A DNA stretch of 64,000 nucleotides from Candidatus Latescibacterota bacterium (GTDB taxonomy: Bacteria > Latescibacterota > UBA2968 > UBA8231), in NCBI GenBank assembly GCA_965197905.1, contig CBDAOB010000005.1, forward strand, positions 2,080,001 to 2,144,000, written 5' to 3'. The notes under the pieces are model-generated. The model was not told the origin of the DNA, did no database searches, and saw nothing but the letters and a program-made list of their open reading frames with translations. The position numbers and the translations under genes were made by a program. This document shows, one piece after another, positions 18,843 through 28,632 of this stretch. The first letter of the stretch is position 1. The number at the start of each line of letters is the position of its first letter.

Positions 18843-19952
18843 TTATTCGGCCTGTTGTGGTCTATTTTTTCTGATTGTGACCTGACCAGTAAAGCCGCCC
18901 GCAATCAGCTTGTCTGCAAGGGCCTGAGCTGAATCAGTTGGTAAAGCTGAGTTTTGACTGACTACCAGGTCACCTCCGACGCGGGTGAGAGTACTCAATG
19001 CCGTCAAGGAAGTCAGAGCGGCATTGATCCTGACTACCAGGTCCCTCCCCACGCGGGTGAGACTATTCAGGCCTTCCAGGCTGGTCAGAGCGGGATTGAT
19101 TCTAACTGCCAGGTCCCCTCCGACACTGGCAAGATTATTCAAACCTTCCAGCGTACTCAGAGACGCATTGTTCTTAACTACCAGGTCCTTCCCGACGCGG
19201 GTGAGGTTGTTCAGGCCTTCCACGCTGGTCAAAGCACGATTGAAGTCGATGACCAGATCCCCCTCAACGCGGGTCAGGTTACTCAACGCGGCCAGATTCA
19301 CCAGACCTTCACCGGACTCGACTACCAGGTCCCCTCCGACGTGGCTGATATTGTCCAATCCTTCCAGGGTGGCGAGAGACCCATTGAAGCGAATAGTCAG
19401 GCTCTGGACGCGGGTGAGGTTGCTCAAACCCGCCAGATTCCTCAGTGCAGCATGGCCGCTGATTCTCAGGTCTCCACCGACGTGGGTGAGGTTACTCAGC
19501 GCCGACAGACTCTTCAGCGCAGCATTGTTCGCGATTGCCATGTACCCCTCGACGCGGGTTAGGTTGTTCAGGCCTTCCAGGCTGGTCAGAGACCCATTCC
19601 AGCGAATGGTCAGGCTACGGACGCGGGTGAGGTTGCTCAACGCCGACAGGCTGGTCAGCGCGGCATTGCGGTCGATGACTAGGCTTCCGACGTTGGTGAG
19701 ATTCTTCAAACCGGCCAGCGTGGTGAGAGGAGAGTGCTCCACTGTCAGGTTGCCCGCGATGGCAAAGGACCTATCTCCAGCAGCAGCGATCAGCCCGTCG
19801 AGATCCTCTTGAGAACAAAGCGTGAAGTCGCCCTCCAGGACTACTACCTCAACCTGACTCCGCGCCGCCTCGAAGTCGGCGTTTTGTGCCCATACCGAGG
19901 CGCTGTGCACACCGCTCAGCAGCAGGGCCATTAGCCACCGTTTTATCTGCAC
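18843..19952 (-). CDS. secreted receptor-L-domain/leucine-rich repeat protein
   Basis: Signal peptide ending VWA-Q; about 11 units of ~24 aa L.GL.NLT.VGGDL.V..N..L; AGGAGG RBS. Confidence 0.85.
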   Translation of the reverse strand: MQIKRWLMALLLSGVHSASVWAQNADFEAARSQVEVVVLEGDFTLCSQEDLDGLIAAAGDRSFAIAGNLTVEHSPLTTLAGLKNLTNVGSLVIDRNAALTSLSALSNLTRVRSLTIRWNGSLTSLEGLNNLTRVEGYMAIANNAALKSLSALSNLTHVGGDLRISGHAALRNLAGLSNLTRVQSLTIRFNGSLATLEGLDNISHVGGDLVVESGEGLVNLAALSNLTRVEGDLVIDFNRALTSVEGLNNLTRVGKDLVVKNNASLSTLEGLNNLASVGGDLAVRINPALTSLEGLNSLTRVGRDLVVRINAALTSLTALSTLTRVGGDLVVSQNSALPTDSAQALADKLIAGGFTGQVTIRKNRPQQAE

Positions 19953-20092
19953 TTCCTCCTGAACATCAGGTTCTCATCCTCTCGACCCCCCAAGCGCTGT
20001 CGTTGTCAATAGTTGTTAATATAACAAAGGCTTTTGGTGCGTTTTGACCTTTGGCGGCGGACACTGGATCGAACGAGTCGAAGGGTAGAGTA

Positions 20093-20866
20093 ATGGTGCA
20101 CGTCTGGTGTGAAGTGGGACTGAAGGATTGGGTTCCTTCCTACGGCTTTGGGGTTTGTCTCACGGATTACGACAACGACGGCGATCCGGACATTTACGTC
20201 GCCAATGACATCCATCAGAATTTTCTCTACCGGAACAACGGGGACGGGACCTTTAAAGAGGTGGGGGCACGCATGAGCGCAGGGCGCTCCTGGCACGGGG
20301 TAGCGCAGGCAGGTATGGGAGTCGATGCGGGCGACTACGACAATGATGGAGATTTCGATCTCTTCGTCACCAATTTTGCCAATGACTATTCAACCATGTA
20401 CACAAACCAGGGCAAGTACTTCGACGACATCACCCCCGCGACCGGTTTGTGGAAAACCACGTTTACTACCCTCGGCTGGGGGACTTCGTTTTTCGACTAT
20501 GACCACGATGGGGATATCGATATCGCCGTGTTCAACATCGACGATAAGCCCAATCTTCTGCGCAACAATGGAGGCAATGACCGCCACTGGCTGCAGGTAA
20601 AGACGGTGGGCACAAAGAGCAATCGTTTGGGCATCGGGGCCCGCATCCGGGTCCGGGTGGACTCACTGGTGCAGCTGCGGGAGATTCGCTCGGGGTCGAG
20701 TTATCTGTCGCAGAACGGTAGGAGCGCCCACTTTGGGCTGGGCTTGCGGACGCGGGCGGACACGGTCGAAGTGCGCTGGCCCTCAGGGACGGTGGACCGC
20801 ATCGCCGATCTGTCTGTGGATCGTCTACTGATCGTCAAAGAAGGGCGCGGAGTCGCCCAGGATTGA
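20093..20866 (+). pseudogene. truncated CRTAC1/FG-GAP ASPIC-UnbV protein
   Basis: DYDNDGD repeats and an ASPIC/UnbV C-terminus (GIGARI, SYLSQ, HFGLG, VRWPSG); no signal peptide or N-terminal half. Confidence 0.7.
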
Positions 20867-22225
20867 ATTCGCCACGCGGATGAAGTTGCCTCCGATGATC
20901 TTGCGCACGTCGTCGTCCGAGTATCCGCGCACAACCAGAGCCAACGTGATGTTGTAGGGACAGGCGTAGGTGCTCAGGGCGTTGGGCTCCATCAGAAAGT
21001 CCCAGGCCTCCCGGTATTTAAAGGCCCTGAAGTGGGGACCGGGGCCGGCGTGGGGATGGGCTTCGCAAAAAGACCTGAGGTTGTCGGGCTTTAGAGCCTC
21101 GATCCACTCTCGCGGAGCGAAGCTCAACATGGAGACGTAGTCGCTGGACCAGGCCACGTTTTCGGCGCCCAGCAGCTGGACGGCGTGGTCGACGTGGCGC
21201 ATGAATGCCTCGATCGAGTACCCGCCGGTGAGGGTCGGGGTGCAGCAGATGCCGATGAGCCCGCCGGCATCGACGATGGCTTTCATCACCTCATCATCGC
21301 AGTTGCGCCAGATCCCCAGGCCGTGGTCCACGGCGCGGCAACAGATGTGGCTGGCAATGACCGGTTTGTCCGAGGTCCTGGCAATGTCGATGGCTGACTG
21401 CGGCGAGCAGTGGGATGTATCCACGATGATGCCGAGCTTGTTCATCCGCCGCACGATGGCCCGCCCCAGGTCCGTCAGTCCCATCTTTGGGTCGCTTCCC
21501 TGACCGCCGCAGTACTCGTTGCCCCTGCCGTGGGTGAGCAGCGACCAGCGCACACCCCACTGGTAGAGCAGATCCAGATTCTCGAACGCATCCCGCTTTT
21601 CATCCACTACCGGGCGGCCGTGGCAATTCCAGAATGACCCGTGCCTGTCGTTTTCCTTGAGCTCTTCGACGCCCTCCAGGTTTACGAGTTTCTCCAGAAA
21701 ATCGACTTCATCGAAGACAAAATTCCACACGGCCAGCGTATCCAGTACTCGATCCTCCGGGACAGCCGCCCAATCCATGTCGTTGACGCCGACATCCACG
21801 CCCTGCGCCGCAAGAAGCGCCTGATAGTCCTGCGGGATGTCGTCGGTGCCGCGGACCACTTCATAGGCTCGCGCCGCTCCGACCGAGTCTTTCTGAGACC
21901 CAGCCACGAATTGGCGCTGCAGCAGTTGGTCAGCCAATCTGCCTTTCTCTTTTTCGTTGGCCGCGCCGCTCAACTGATGGGAGATCTGGTCTTCCATGCC
22001 CCGGGTGTAGAAAGCGCCGAACAAGGTCCATACCTCGCGGGCGTATCCGCCCATGATGTCGCATACGATGGACTCGTGGTGGAGCGCCAGGCCGCGCTCG
22101 ATCTGCTGCGGGGAAGGATTGATCTCGGCCAGGGCCGCCTTTCGCGCCCGGCGGATGCATTCTGCAACGCGCGGGGAAGCGGCTAGGTCTTCCGGCTTCC
22201 AGTCCGCCCAGTTTGCCGTGCTCAT
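20825..22225 (-). CDS. membrane dipeptidase (M19)-like amidohydrolase, paralog 1
   Basis: GLTDLGR..V.RMN.LGIIVDTSH, ASH, GGLIGI, HVDHAV, SSD and RGYSDDDVRKIIGGNF. Confidence 0.85.
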   Translation of the reverse strand: MSTANWADWKPEDLAASPRVAECIRRARKAALAEINPSPQQIERGLALHHESIVCDIMGGYAREVWTLFGAFYTRGMEDQISHQLSGAANEKEKGRLADQLLQRQFVAGSQKDSVGAARAYEVVRGTDDIPQDYQALLAAQGVDVGVNDMDWAAVPEDRVLDTLAVWNFVFDEVDFLEKLVNLEGVEELKENDRHGSFWNCHGRPVVDEKRDAFENLDLLYQWGVRWSLLTHGRGNEYCGGQGSDPKMGLTDLGRAIVRRMNKLGIIVDTSHCSPQSAIDIARTSDKPVIASHICCRAVDHGLGIWRNCDDEVMKAIVDAGGLIGICCTPTLTGGYSIEAFMRHVDHAVQLLGAENVAWSSDYVSMLSFAPREWIEALKPDNLRSFCEAHPHAGPGPHFRAFKYREAWDFLMEPNALSTYACPYNITLALVVRGYSDDDVRKIIGGNFIRVANSILGDSAPFFDDQ

Positions 22226-22231
22226 CCGGTG

Positions 22232-23662
22232 TTAGGAGCTGTAATACCCGTCTGCCAGGGGGCCTGCGTGCAGAGGTTTGCCCAGGATGGAATTCGCCAC
22301 GCGGATGAAGTTGCCGCCGATGATCTTGCGCACATCCTCATCCGAGTAGCCGCGCGCAACCAGAGCCACGGTGAGAAAGTAGGGACAGGCCTGCTTGCTG
22401 AGCGCATTGGGCTCGGCGAAGAAATCCCAGGCCTCCTTGTATTTAAGCGCCCTGAAGAGAAAGGGGCCCGCGTGAGGTGGCGCTTCGCTGGACGGGATGA
22501 GATTGTCGGGCTTGAAGGCCTCCACCCAGTCTCGCGGGGCAAAACTCATCATGGTACCGTAGTCACTGGACCAGGCCACGCGATCGACGCCCACCAGCTT
22601 CACCGCGTGGTCCACGTGGCGCATAAAGGCCTCGATCGTATAACCTCCGGTCAGCGTGGGCGTGGAGCAGATGCCGATGAGCCCGCCCGAATCCACGACC
22701 GCCTTTATCACGTGGTCGTCGAAGTTGCGCCAGATTCCCAGGCCGTGGTCCAGGGCGCGGCAGCAGGTGTGGCTGGCTATCACCGGCTTATCTGAAATGC
22801 TGGCGATGTCGATGGCCGATTGCGCCGAGCAGTGACTGGTGTCGACGATGATGCCCAGCTTGTTCATGCGCTGTACGAGCACCCGTCCTAGATCTGTCAG
22901 TCCCATCTTCGGGTCGCTTCGCTGCGCTCCGCAGTACTCGTTGCCTCGGCCGTGGGTCAGCAGGGACCAGCGCACGCCCCACTCGTAAAGGAGATCCAGA
23001 TTTTCGAAGGCATCCCGCCGTTCGTCCACTACCGGGCGTCCGTGGCAGAGCCAGAGCACCCCGTGTTTCCCCTCCTGCTTGAGCTTCTCCACCTTGTCCA
23101 GGTTTACAATCTTTTCCATGAAGTCCACTGCGTCGCACACCAGAATGCTCACCCCCAGAATGTTCATTAGCCGCTCGGGTGGGATAGCTGCCCAGTCGTT
23201 ACTGAGTATACCTACGTCCACGCCCTGCGCGGTCCGGAGTGCCTCGTAGTCCTGCCGGATCCCATCCGCCCCGCGCAGCACCTCGTACAACCGCGCGGCT
23301 CCCTGGCCATCCTTGTGACACCCCTGGAGATCCGCACGTCCGCCGATTTCACTCTGGAGCAGTTCATAGGCCAGCTTGGACCTTTCCTTTTGGTCGGCCG
23401 CCCCGCTCAGCTGCCGCTGGATGCGATCTTCCATGGCCCGGGTAAACATGCCGCTCATCGAGCTCCAGAATTCTTTGTGATATCCACCCATGAGATCGCA
23501 GACAATGGACTCGTGGTGGAGCGTGAGGCCGCGCTCGATCTGCTGCGGGGAAGGATTGATCTCGGCCAGGGCGGCCTCTCGCGCTTTGCGAATGCTTTCT
23601 GCAGCCCACGGCGATGCGGCGAGTTTCTCCGGCCTCCAGTCTTTCCAATTCTCAGTGCTCAT
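22232..23662 (-). CDS. M19-like amidohydrolase, paralog 2 (tandem duplicate of paralog 1)
   Basis: Same motifs; colinear and highly similar to 20825-22225. Confidence 0.85.
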   Translation of the reverse strand: MSTENWKDWRPEKLAASPWAAESIRKAREAALAEINPSPQQIERGLTLHHESIVCDLMGGYHKEFWSSMSGMFTRAMEDRIQRQLSGAADQKERSKLAYELLQSEIGGRADLQGCHKDGQGAARLYEVLRGADGIRQDYEALRTAQGVDVGILSNDWAAIPPERLMNILGVSILVCDAVDFMEKIVNLDKVEKLKQEGKHGVLWLCHGRPVVDERRDAFENLDLLYEWGVRWSLLTHGRGNEYCGAQRSDPKMGLTDLGRVLVQRMNKLGIIVDTSHCSAQSAIDIASISDKPVIASHTCCRALDHGLGIWRNFDDHVIKAVVDSGGLIGICSTPTLTGGYTIEAFMRHVDHAVKLVGVDRVAWSSDYGTMMSFAPRDWVEAFKPDNLIPSSEAPPHAGPFLFRALKYKEAWDFFAEPNALSKQACPYFLTVALVARGYSDEDVRKIIGGNFIRVANSILGKPLHAGPLADGYYSS

Positions 23663-23710
23663 TTTGAATGCTCTTTCTATTTGGTTCCCACCGACGATCT
23701 GTTCGAGGTC

Positions 23711-24733
23711 TTATTTGCGAAGACTGCCGATCACGTCGTCGTCGTAGTGATAAATCGCCGGCACCCCGCCGGTGTGCACGTAGAGCAGATTCTGACGCGA
23801 GGAGAATCGTCCCTGTCGCACCAGATCGATCAGGCCGGCCATCGCCTTGCCGCTGTAGACAGGGTCCAGCAGGATTGCCTCACTGTGGGCCAGGAGTTGG
23901 ACGGCTTCGGCCATCTCCGGTGTCGGAATGGAATAGCCCGGACCAACGTATTCATCGCAACAGATGATCGCATTCTCATTCACCGAAGAAGGAAGCGAAA
24001 GCAGTTCGAGGGTGTCTGCAAAGAGGCTGATGACGCGGTCGGATTGCGTTTTCGTATCGGCACCGGTGCAGATGCCGATGATCTCGGGTGTCTGCTCCAA
24101 TGCGCCCAGGCCGAGGAGTAGTCCCGCCTGCGTGCCGCCGCTACCGCCGCTGGCGTGTAAAATCGCATCGAAGGCGATATCCATCTGCTGCGATTGGGCG
24201 ATGATCTCGTTGGCGCAATCGACATATCCGAGCGCCCCTAAAGGCATGCGGGCCCCCACCGGGATCAGATACGGTTTTCTCTCCTCGCCACGCGCCTGCT
24301 CGGCCATCTTCTCCATCGCGGCATTCATGTCTGTGCCGCCGGGGACCACTTCGAAATGCTCCACGCCCAGCAGGCGATAGAGGAAGTTGTTCCCCGAGGC
24401 GTCGGGATCGTAACTGCCCGGCACGCGCTCCTCCAGCACGAGCCGGCACTCGAGTCCTTCGAGGCTGGCGGCCGAAGCGGTGAGCCGGCAGTGGTTCGAC
24501 TGTATGGCTCCGCAGGTTATTAGGGTGTCGGCGCCTTGAGCCATCGCGTCGGCCACGACGAACTCGAGCTTGCGTGTTTTGTTGCCGCCCCCCAGCAAGC
24601 CCAGGCAGTCGTCGCGCTTGATGTAGATGTTGGGGCCGCCCAATTCCGCCGAGAAACGTTCGAGTGCGATGAGCGGGGTCGGCCCGTCGGTGTAGCGGCG
24701 TCGATCAAAACGAGTCAGATCGATCGTGTCCAT
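23711..24733 (-). CDS. dcyD: D-cysteine desulfhydrase family PLP lyase
   Basis: PTPL, IKRDD, GGNKTRKLEF, QSNHCR, LDPVYSGKAMAGL and HTGG; start at ATG 24733 behind GGAG. Confidence 0.88.
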   Translation of the reverse strand: MDTIDLTRFDRRRYTDGPTPLIALERFSAELGGPNIYIKRDDCLGLLGGGNKTRKLEFVVADAMAQGADTLITCGAIQSNHCRLTASAASLEGLECRLVLEERVPGSYDPDASGNNFLYRLLGVEHFEVVPGGTDMNAAMEKMAEQARGEERKPYLIPVGARMPLGALGYVDCANEIIAQSQQMDIAFDAILHASGGSGGTQAGLLLGLGALEQTPEIIGICTGADTKTQSDRVISLFADTLELLSLPSSVNENAIICCDEYVGPGYSIPTPEMAEAVQLLAHSEAILLDPVYSGKAMAGLIDLVRQGRFSSRQNLLYVHTGGVPAIYHYDDDVIGSLRK

Positions 24734-24776
24734 GGACAAGCTCCATCGATTTGATTGTTGGCCATTCCTATAGTTG

Positions 24777-27143
24777 CTACGACTCACAATTCACTAGCAG
24801 CACCTCATGCAGTTCCACCTTGGGAACGATGACTACGGCAGGATCTCCCGTCGGCTCGAGAGAGATATCCTGCAGAGGCAACCGTGCAGACCTGACCCTG
24901 AAGTCATTGAACTGTATACGGACATCATGGACTGGGTTCACTTCCTGAAGCGCAAAAAAAGTGGTGACGTCCTCCCGCGTTCTGTCGCCATAGCTGTCGT
25001 CAAAAACGTCCAGAGGCAGCATGGGTGTAGGGTGGTTGAGGAGGTGCACCATCAACTCGCACGCCGCTCGTCTGGCGGCGGTCACCTCGATGGCCTGGGG
25101 CGCTTCGACCTCTAGGGGGGGCCTGTTCTTCTTAACCAGACTGGCGACGAAACGCTTGAGCGGCGGATAGGGAGTGTGTGCGTAGCCGGCCCCGACATTG
25201 CCGCTGACGTATATGGCCTGGCCCTTGCCGTAGCGATGAAGGGTCACCGCGGGTTCGGAGGAATCGTAATTCGAAGCGGGGTCGAAATCGTTCAGGGGTT
25301 TTCTTGCCCTTCGCCGGTTTTCCAAGGCGAACTCCCCCCTCAGACGGCTCCGGGTGCAGAGAAGCTCCACGTCGGCGCCCGCTCTAACAGCCACCCGTGA
25401 CTCTTCTGCGGCGAAGCAGATGACAGGGCCGAACTCCAAGGCGAACTCCCCCCTCAGACGGCTCCGGGTGCAGAGAAGCTCCACGTCGGCGCCCGCTCTA
25501 ACAGCCACCCGTGACTCTTCTGCGGCGAAGCAGATGACAGGGCCGAACTCTTGTTGGAGACCATCATCCTGGGGTACATAGACCACCCCTTGTATGCCCC
25601 CGGCGTCCCGCGTGCCCTTGTAGTCGAGTCCAAGAACAGCGCTTAGACCGAAATTGTCTCGCTGCCTCCCCCATTCGTCCAGCGTTGAGGTCTCGTGGGC
25701 GGCGATGAGGGTGCCGCCTTCACTGACATATTTGCCGATCTCCTCGCACTGGGCATCGGAAAGACAGGTACTGTCGGCGAGGAAAAGAACGGGATATGGG
25801 GACAGATGGTCGCGGGTGAGTTGCCCGTCCAGGACGATGTCGACCAGCAGGTGCGACCTGTTGAGCAGTTCATAGGCGCCCAGCACCTCCTTCTGCCCGA
25901 TCTCCATGTAGTGTTTCTTCAGGGTGTTATTTGGCCGTTCCGAGGGACGGAAGTCTCTGTTCTGCTGGGAGCTGTGGAGGGCCACATACTTGATCGTGTC
26001 GCCCTCGATGTAGTCCGCGCGTTTTTTCAATTCGGAGAACACCTGCTTCATCACGCCCTTGCCCAATTGTAGCGGCCCGGCGAAGTTGCCGAAGGCGGGA
26101 GCGCCTCCGTTCACCATGGCCGAGAGGCCGTGCATGAGTGCGGGGTAGGGCTCGGGACAGGGAGCGGAACCCGTGGCGCACTGGGAGAGCGTCTGGAAGG
26201 TGTTGCGCCAGATGCCGAAGGGGGTGCCCAGAGCCCTTCCGACTTTTCCTACGAAGCCGGTCTCACGCCGCGTGCGATGCGCTTCAATGAAGTAGTGACC
26301 TCCCACCTCGTTGAAACGAGGGGGATCGTGAGGATGGCCCTCGTCCCACATGGTGGTGGGTCGAGCATAATACTGGAAGTCCATAATGGCGGCCGGATGT
26401 TTCGCTTTGACGTGGCGGGTGAGGTAGAGCATGAAATCCACCACCTTCTCGTACCGCCAGTTGATGAACTGTCTGAAGTCGAATGAATCGAAGTCCACTA
26501 TCTTCGGGATCTGCAGCCCCGTTTCCTTGTGGAAGAGCTTCTCGCAATAGCTGCAGCAACAGCCGCGGTAGTGGGGCCTGCTGTCCCCGAGACAGGGCCG
26601 GTTGCCATCGAAGAAGAACCCGTCGATGTCCAGATTCTCCATACATTCGATGAGGTGGTCCGCCGTCCACTCGCGAAAGGGCGAATTGAGGCAGGGCCAT
26701 CCGATGTTCTCGATAGGAGGTCTGCCATCGTCCAGCGCTACGCTCAGCCATTCGGGATGGAGCTGTTTGAAGGGTAGCCGGGTTCGGGTGCCCCAATACG
26801 CTACGGCCAGGATGCCCTTGCGATGCAGCCTCTCCAGATAGAGGGGCAGGGGATCGCGGTCGATGGCGTGATGGGGTTCGAGCATCTTCGAGTGGAAGCG
26901 CGGGGGCCCTTTGTTGAAGACCACCGGCACTACCACCATCTCCACCCCTGCTTCACTCAAGATGTCGACCAGCTCGATAACGGGTTGGTCATCGAGCTCG
27001 GCAAGCGCCAATTCATCATGGGCCCAGGGCGGATAATACTCCAGACGGCACACCCGTTTTTCGTAGGGCAGCTCATGGAGTCTCTGGGCGATGGAGCCCA
27101 CTCGTTCCACCGCGCGTGGCGGTTCGTCTGCTACGGTGTGCAT
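24777..27143 (-). CDS. GHL6/GH42-like putative glycoside hydrolase with trimerisation domain, paralog 1
   Basis: HPEW, CLNSPF, DGFFFDG, CCCSYC zinc motif, Y.VLFL..S.CLSD.Q, EGGTLIA.HETS..DEWG and YGKGQAIY. Confidence 0.75.
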   Translation of the reverse strand: MHTVADEPPRAVERVGSIAQRLHELPYEKRVCRLEYYPPWAHDELALAELDDQPVIELVDILSEAGVEMVVVPVVFNKGPPRFHSKMLEPHHAIDRDPLPLYLERLHRKGILAVAYWGTRTRLPFKQLHPEWLSVALDDGRPPIENIGWPCLNSPFREWTADHLIECMENLDIDGFFFDGNRPCLGDSRPHYRGCCCSYCEKLFHKETGLQIPKIVDFDSFDFRQFINWRYEKVVDFMLYLTRHVKAKHPAAIMDFQYYARPTTMWDEGHPHDPPRFNEVGGHYFIEAHRTRRETGFVGKVGRALGTPFGIWRNTFQTLSQCATGSAPCPEPYPALMHGLSAMVNGGAPAFGNFAGPLQLGKGVMKQVFSELKKRADYIEGDTIKYVALHSSQQNRDFRPSERPNNTLKKHYMEIGQKEVLGAYELLNRSHLLVDIVLDGQLTRDHLSPYPVLFLADSTCLSDAQCEEIGKYVSEGGTLIAAHETSTLDEWGRQRDNFGLSAVLGLDYKGTRDAGGIQGVVYVPQDDGLQQEFGPVICFAAEESRVAVRAGADVELLCTRSRLRGEFALEFGPVICFAAEESRVAVRAGADVELLCTRSRLRGEFALENRRRARKPLNDFDPASNYDSSEPAVTLHRYGKGQAIYVSGNVGAGYAHTPYPPLKRFVASLVKKNRPPLEVEAPQAIEVTAARRAACELMVHLLNHPTPMLPLDVFDDSYGDRTREDVTTFFALQEVNPVHDVRIQFNDFRVRSARLPLQDISLEPTGDPAVVIVPKVELHEVLLVNCES
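25321..25548. repeat. perfect 114-bp in-frame tandem duplication
   Basis: 25321-25434 equals 25435-25548; it duplicates 38 aa EFGPVICF...RGEFAL. Confidence 0.95.
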
Positions 27144-27188
27144 CGATTACTCTCCTGAAAACTGCATTTCGGGCACCGGTTCGCGGCG

Positions 27189-28559
27189 TTACGATCCGAG
27201 AACGGTGCGGGCAACTCGGAGAAAGTTGCCCCCCAGCATCTTTTCTATCGCGTCGTCCGCGTAGCCCCGCTGCACCAGCGCCACGGTTACCCAGTAGGGG
27301 AAATTGCAGCAGGCAAGGGCATGGGGTCCTGTATAGATCTTCCAGGCTGCTTCGGAGGGGTTGCCCATCCAGGCGTGCTGCTCACGGGTTTCGCGGGTCA
27401 GATTCCACGGGTTGGCACTGTTCCACTGCTTTGGTTTCGAGGCTTCGACGAGTTCGGGCGGTTCCAGGGCCATGCCGACATTGGCGTCCGTGCTGAAGCC
27501 GATGTGGTCGGTGCCGATCAGCTGGGCGGCGTGATCCACATGCCGCATGAACATCTCGACGCTGTTCTCCCCAATGAGGGTGCGAACACTGCAGATGCCC
27601 ACGACGCCGCCTTTTTCGGCCACGGCCTTCATGGTCTCGTCGGTGATGTTGCGACCACTGCAATAACCCGGGTGCACGGCCATGCAGCCCACGTGACTGA
27701 CGACGGGGGGCTGCTCGGAAGCCTGAACGGCGGCAAGGGCGGATTGGGGCGCGGAGTGGCTGGTATCCACGATGATACCGAGCGCGTTCATGCGCTGCAC
27801 GGCGTGGCGGCCCATATCCGTGAGGCCGCGTTCGGGTTCCCACTGCTTGCCGCCGAAATCACTGTGCCACAGCTGCGCCCAGCGGATGCCCAGGCCGTAA
27901 AGGACCTCCAGGTCATCCACCGGGGTGCCCGGTCCCTCCAGCAGGCGCCCCGCGTAGTGGTCGCGCGAAAGGGCGAGGTGACTGATGCGGCCGTCCGGCT
28001 TGCGGATTACTCCCGCGCCGGCCTGAGCGGCCTCGTGGGCGTGGTAGATGAGGCCGCGGCGGTTCTCCTTTTTCAGATGCTCGACCTGGTCTACATGCAC
28101 CACCTTTTCTATGCAGTCGATCTCGTCAAAGAGATAGACGCTTTGCGCCATTGCTGCGATGGTGTTGGGCTTGGTGGTGACGACCCCCAGGTTCACGCCG
28201 CTGGCTTGCTCGACGGCCCAGTAGTCCGTTCGTAGATCGGTGTTGCCAACCAGTTCGCGTGGCAAGAGGGTGGCGACCTCCTGTCGGATTTCACCGCAGG
28301 CCGCAAAGTCGTCCGCCCCGGTTTCGGACAGCCGGCGGCGAATGAATTCTTCCAGGGCTGGGGAATAGATCCCGCCGCCACCCATGCTGCCACCCATGAC
28401 ATCGCAGACGATCGAATGGCGGTGGAGGTCGAGCCCGCGTTCGATCTCCTGCTCCGAAGCCTGCAATTCAGCGAGAACCGCCTCGCGGCAGCGGCGCAAG
28501 TAGGTGCGTACCCGTTCGCTCGAGGCCAGCTCTTCCGGATTTCTAAGGGGATCTTTCAT
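27189..28559 (-). CDS. M19-like amidohydrolase, paralog 3
   Basis: Same family motifs; start placed at MKDP by alignment with paralogs 4 and 5. Confidence 0.85.
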   Translation of the reverse strand: MKDPLRNPEELASSERVRTYLRRCREAVLAELQASEQEIERGLDLHRHSIVCDVMGGSMGGGGIYSPALEEFIRRRLSETGADDFAACGEIRQEVATLLPRELVGNTDLRTDYWAVEQASGVNLGVVTTKPNTIAAMAQSVYLFDEIDCIEKVVHVDQVEHLKKENRRGLIYHAHEAAQAGAGVIRKPDGRISHLALSRDHYAGRLLEGPGTPVDDLEVLYGLGIRWAQLWHSDFGGKQWEPERGLTDMGRHAVQRMNALGIIVDTSHSAPQSALAAVQASEQPPVVSHVGCMAVHPGYCSGRNITDETMKAVAEKGGVVGICSVRTLIGENSVEMFMRHVDHAAQLIGTDHIGFSTDANVGMALEPPELVEASKPKQWNSANPWNLTRETREQHAWMGNPSEAAWKIYTGPHALACCNFPYWVTVALVQRGYADDAIEKMLGGNFLRVARTVLGS

Positions 28560-28632
28560 TGCAAGCTCTTTCGATAGCATTCGGCCTCACGCCGACATTG
28601 ACGCCAATGATGTCTCCGCAACTCGAATGGGC

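Noticed and set aside
20003..20027. TTGTCAATAG box upstream of the LRR gene as a GntR site
   Set aside because: Weak match that is equally explained as a -35 element in AT-rich DNA.
20825..20866. Convergent 42-bp overlap of the CRTAC1 remnant and dipeptidase 1
   Set aside because: Both proteins end near their family termini; this is an ordinary tail-to-tail overlap.
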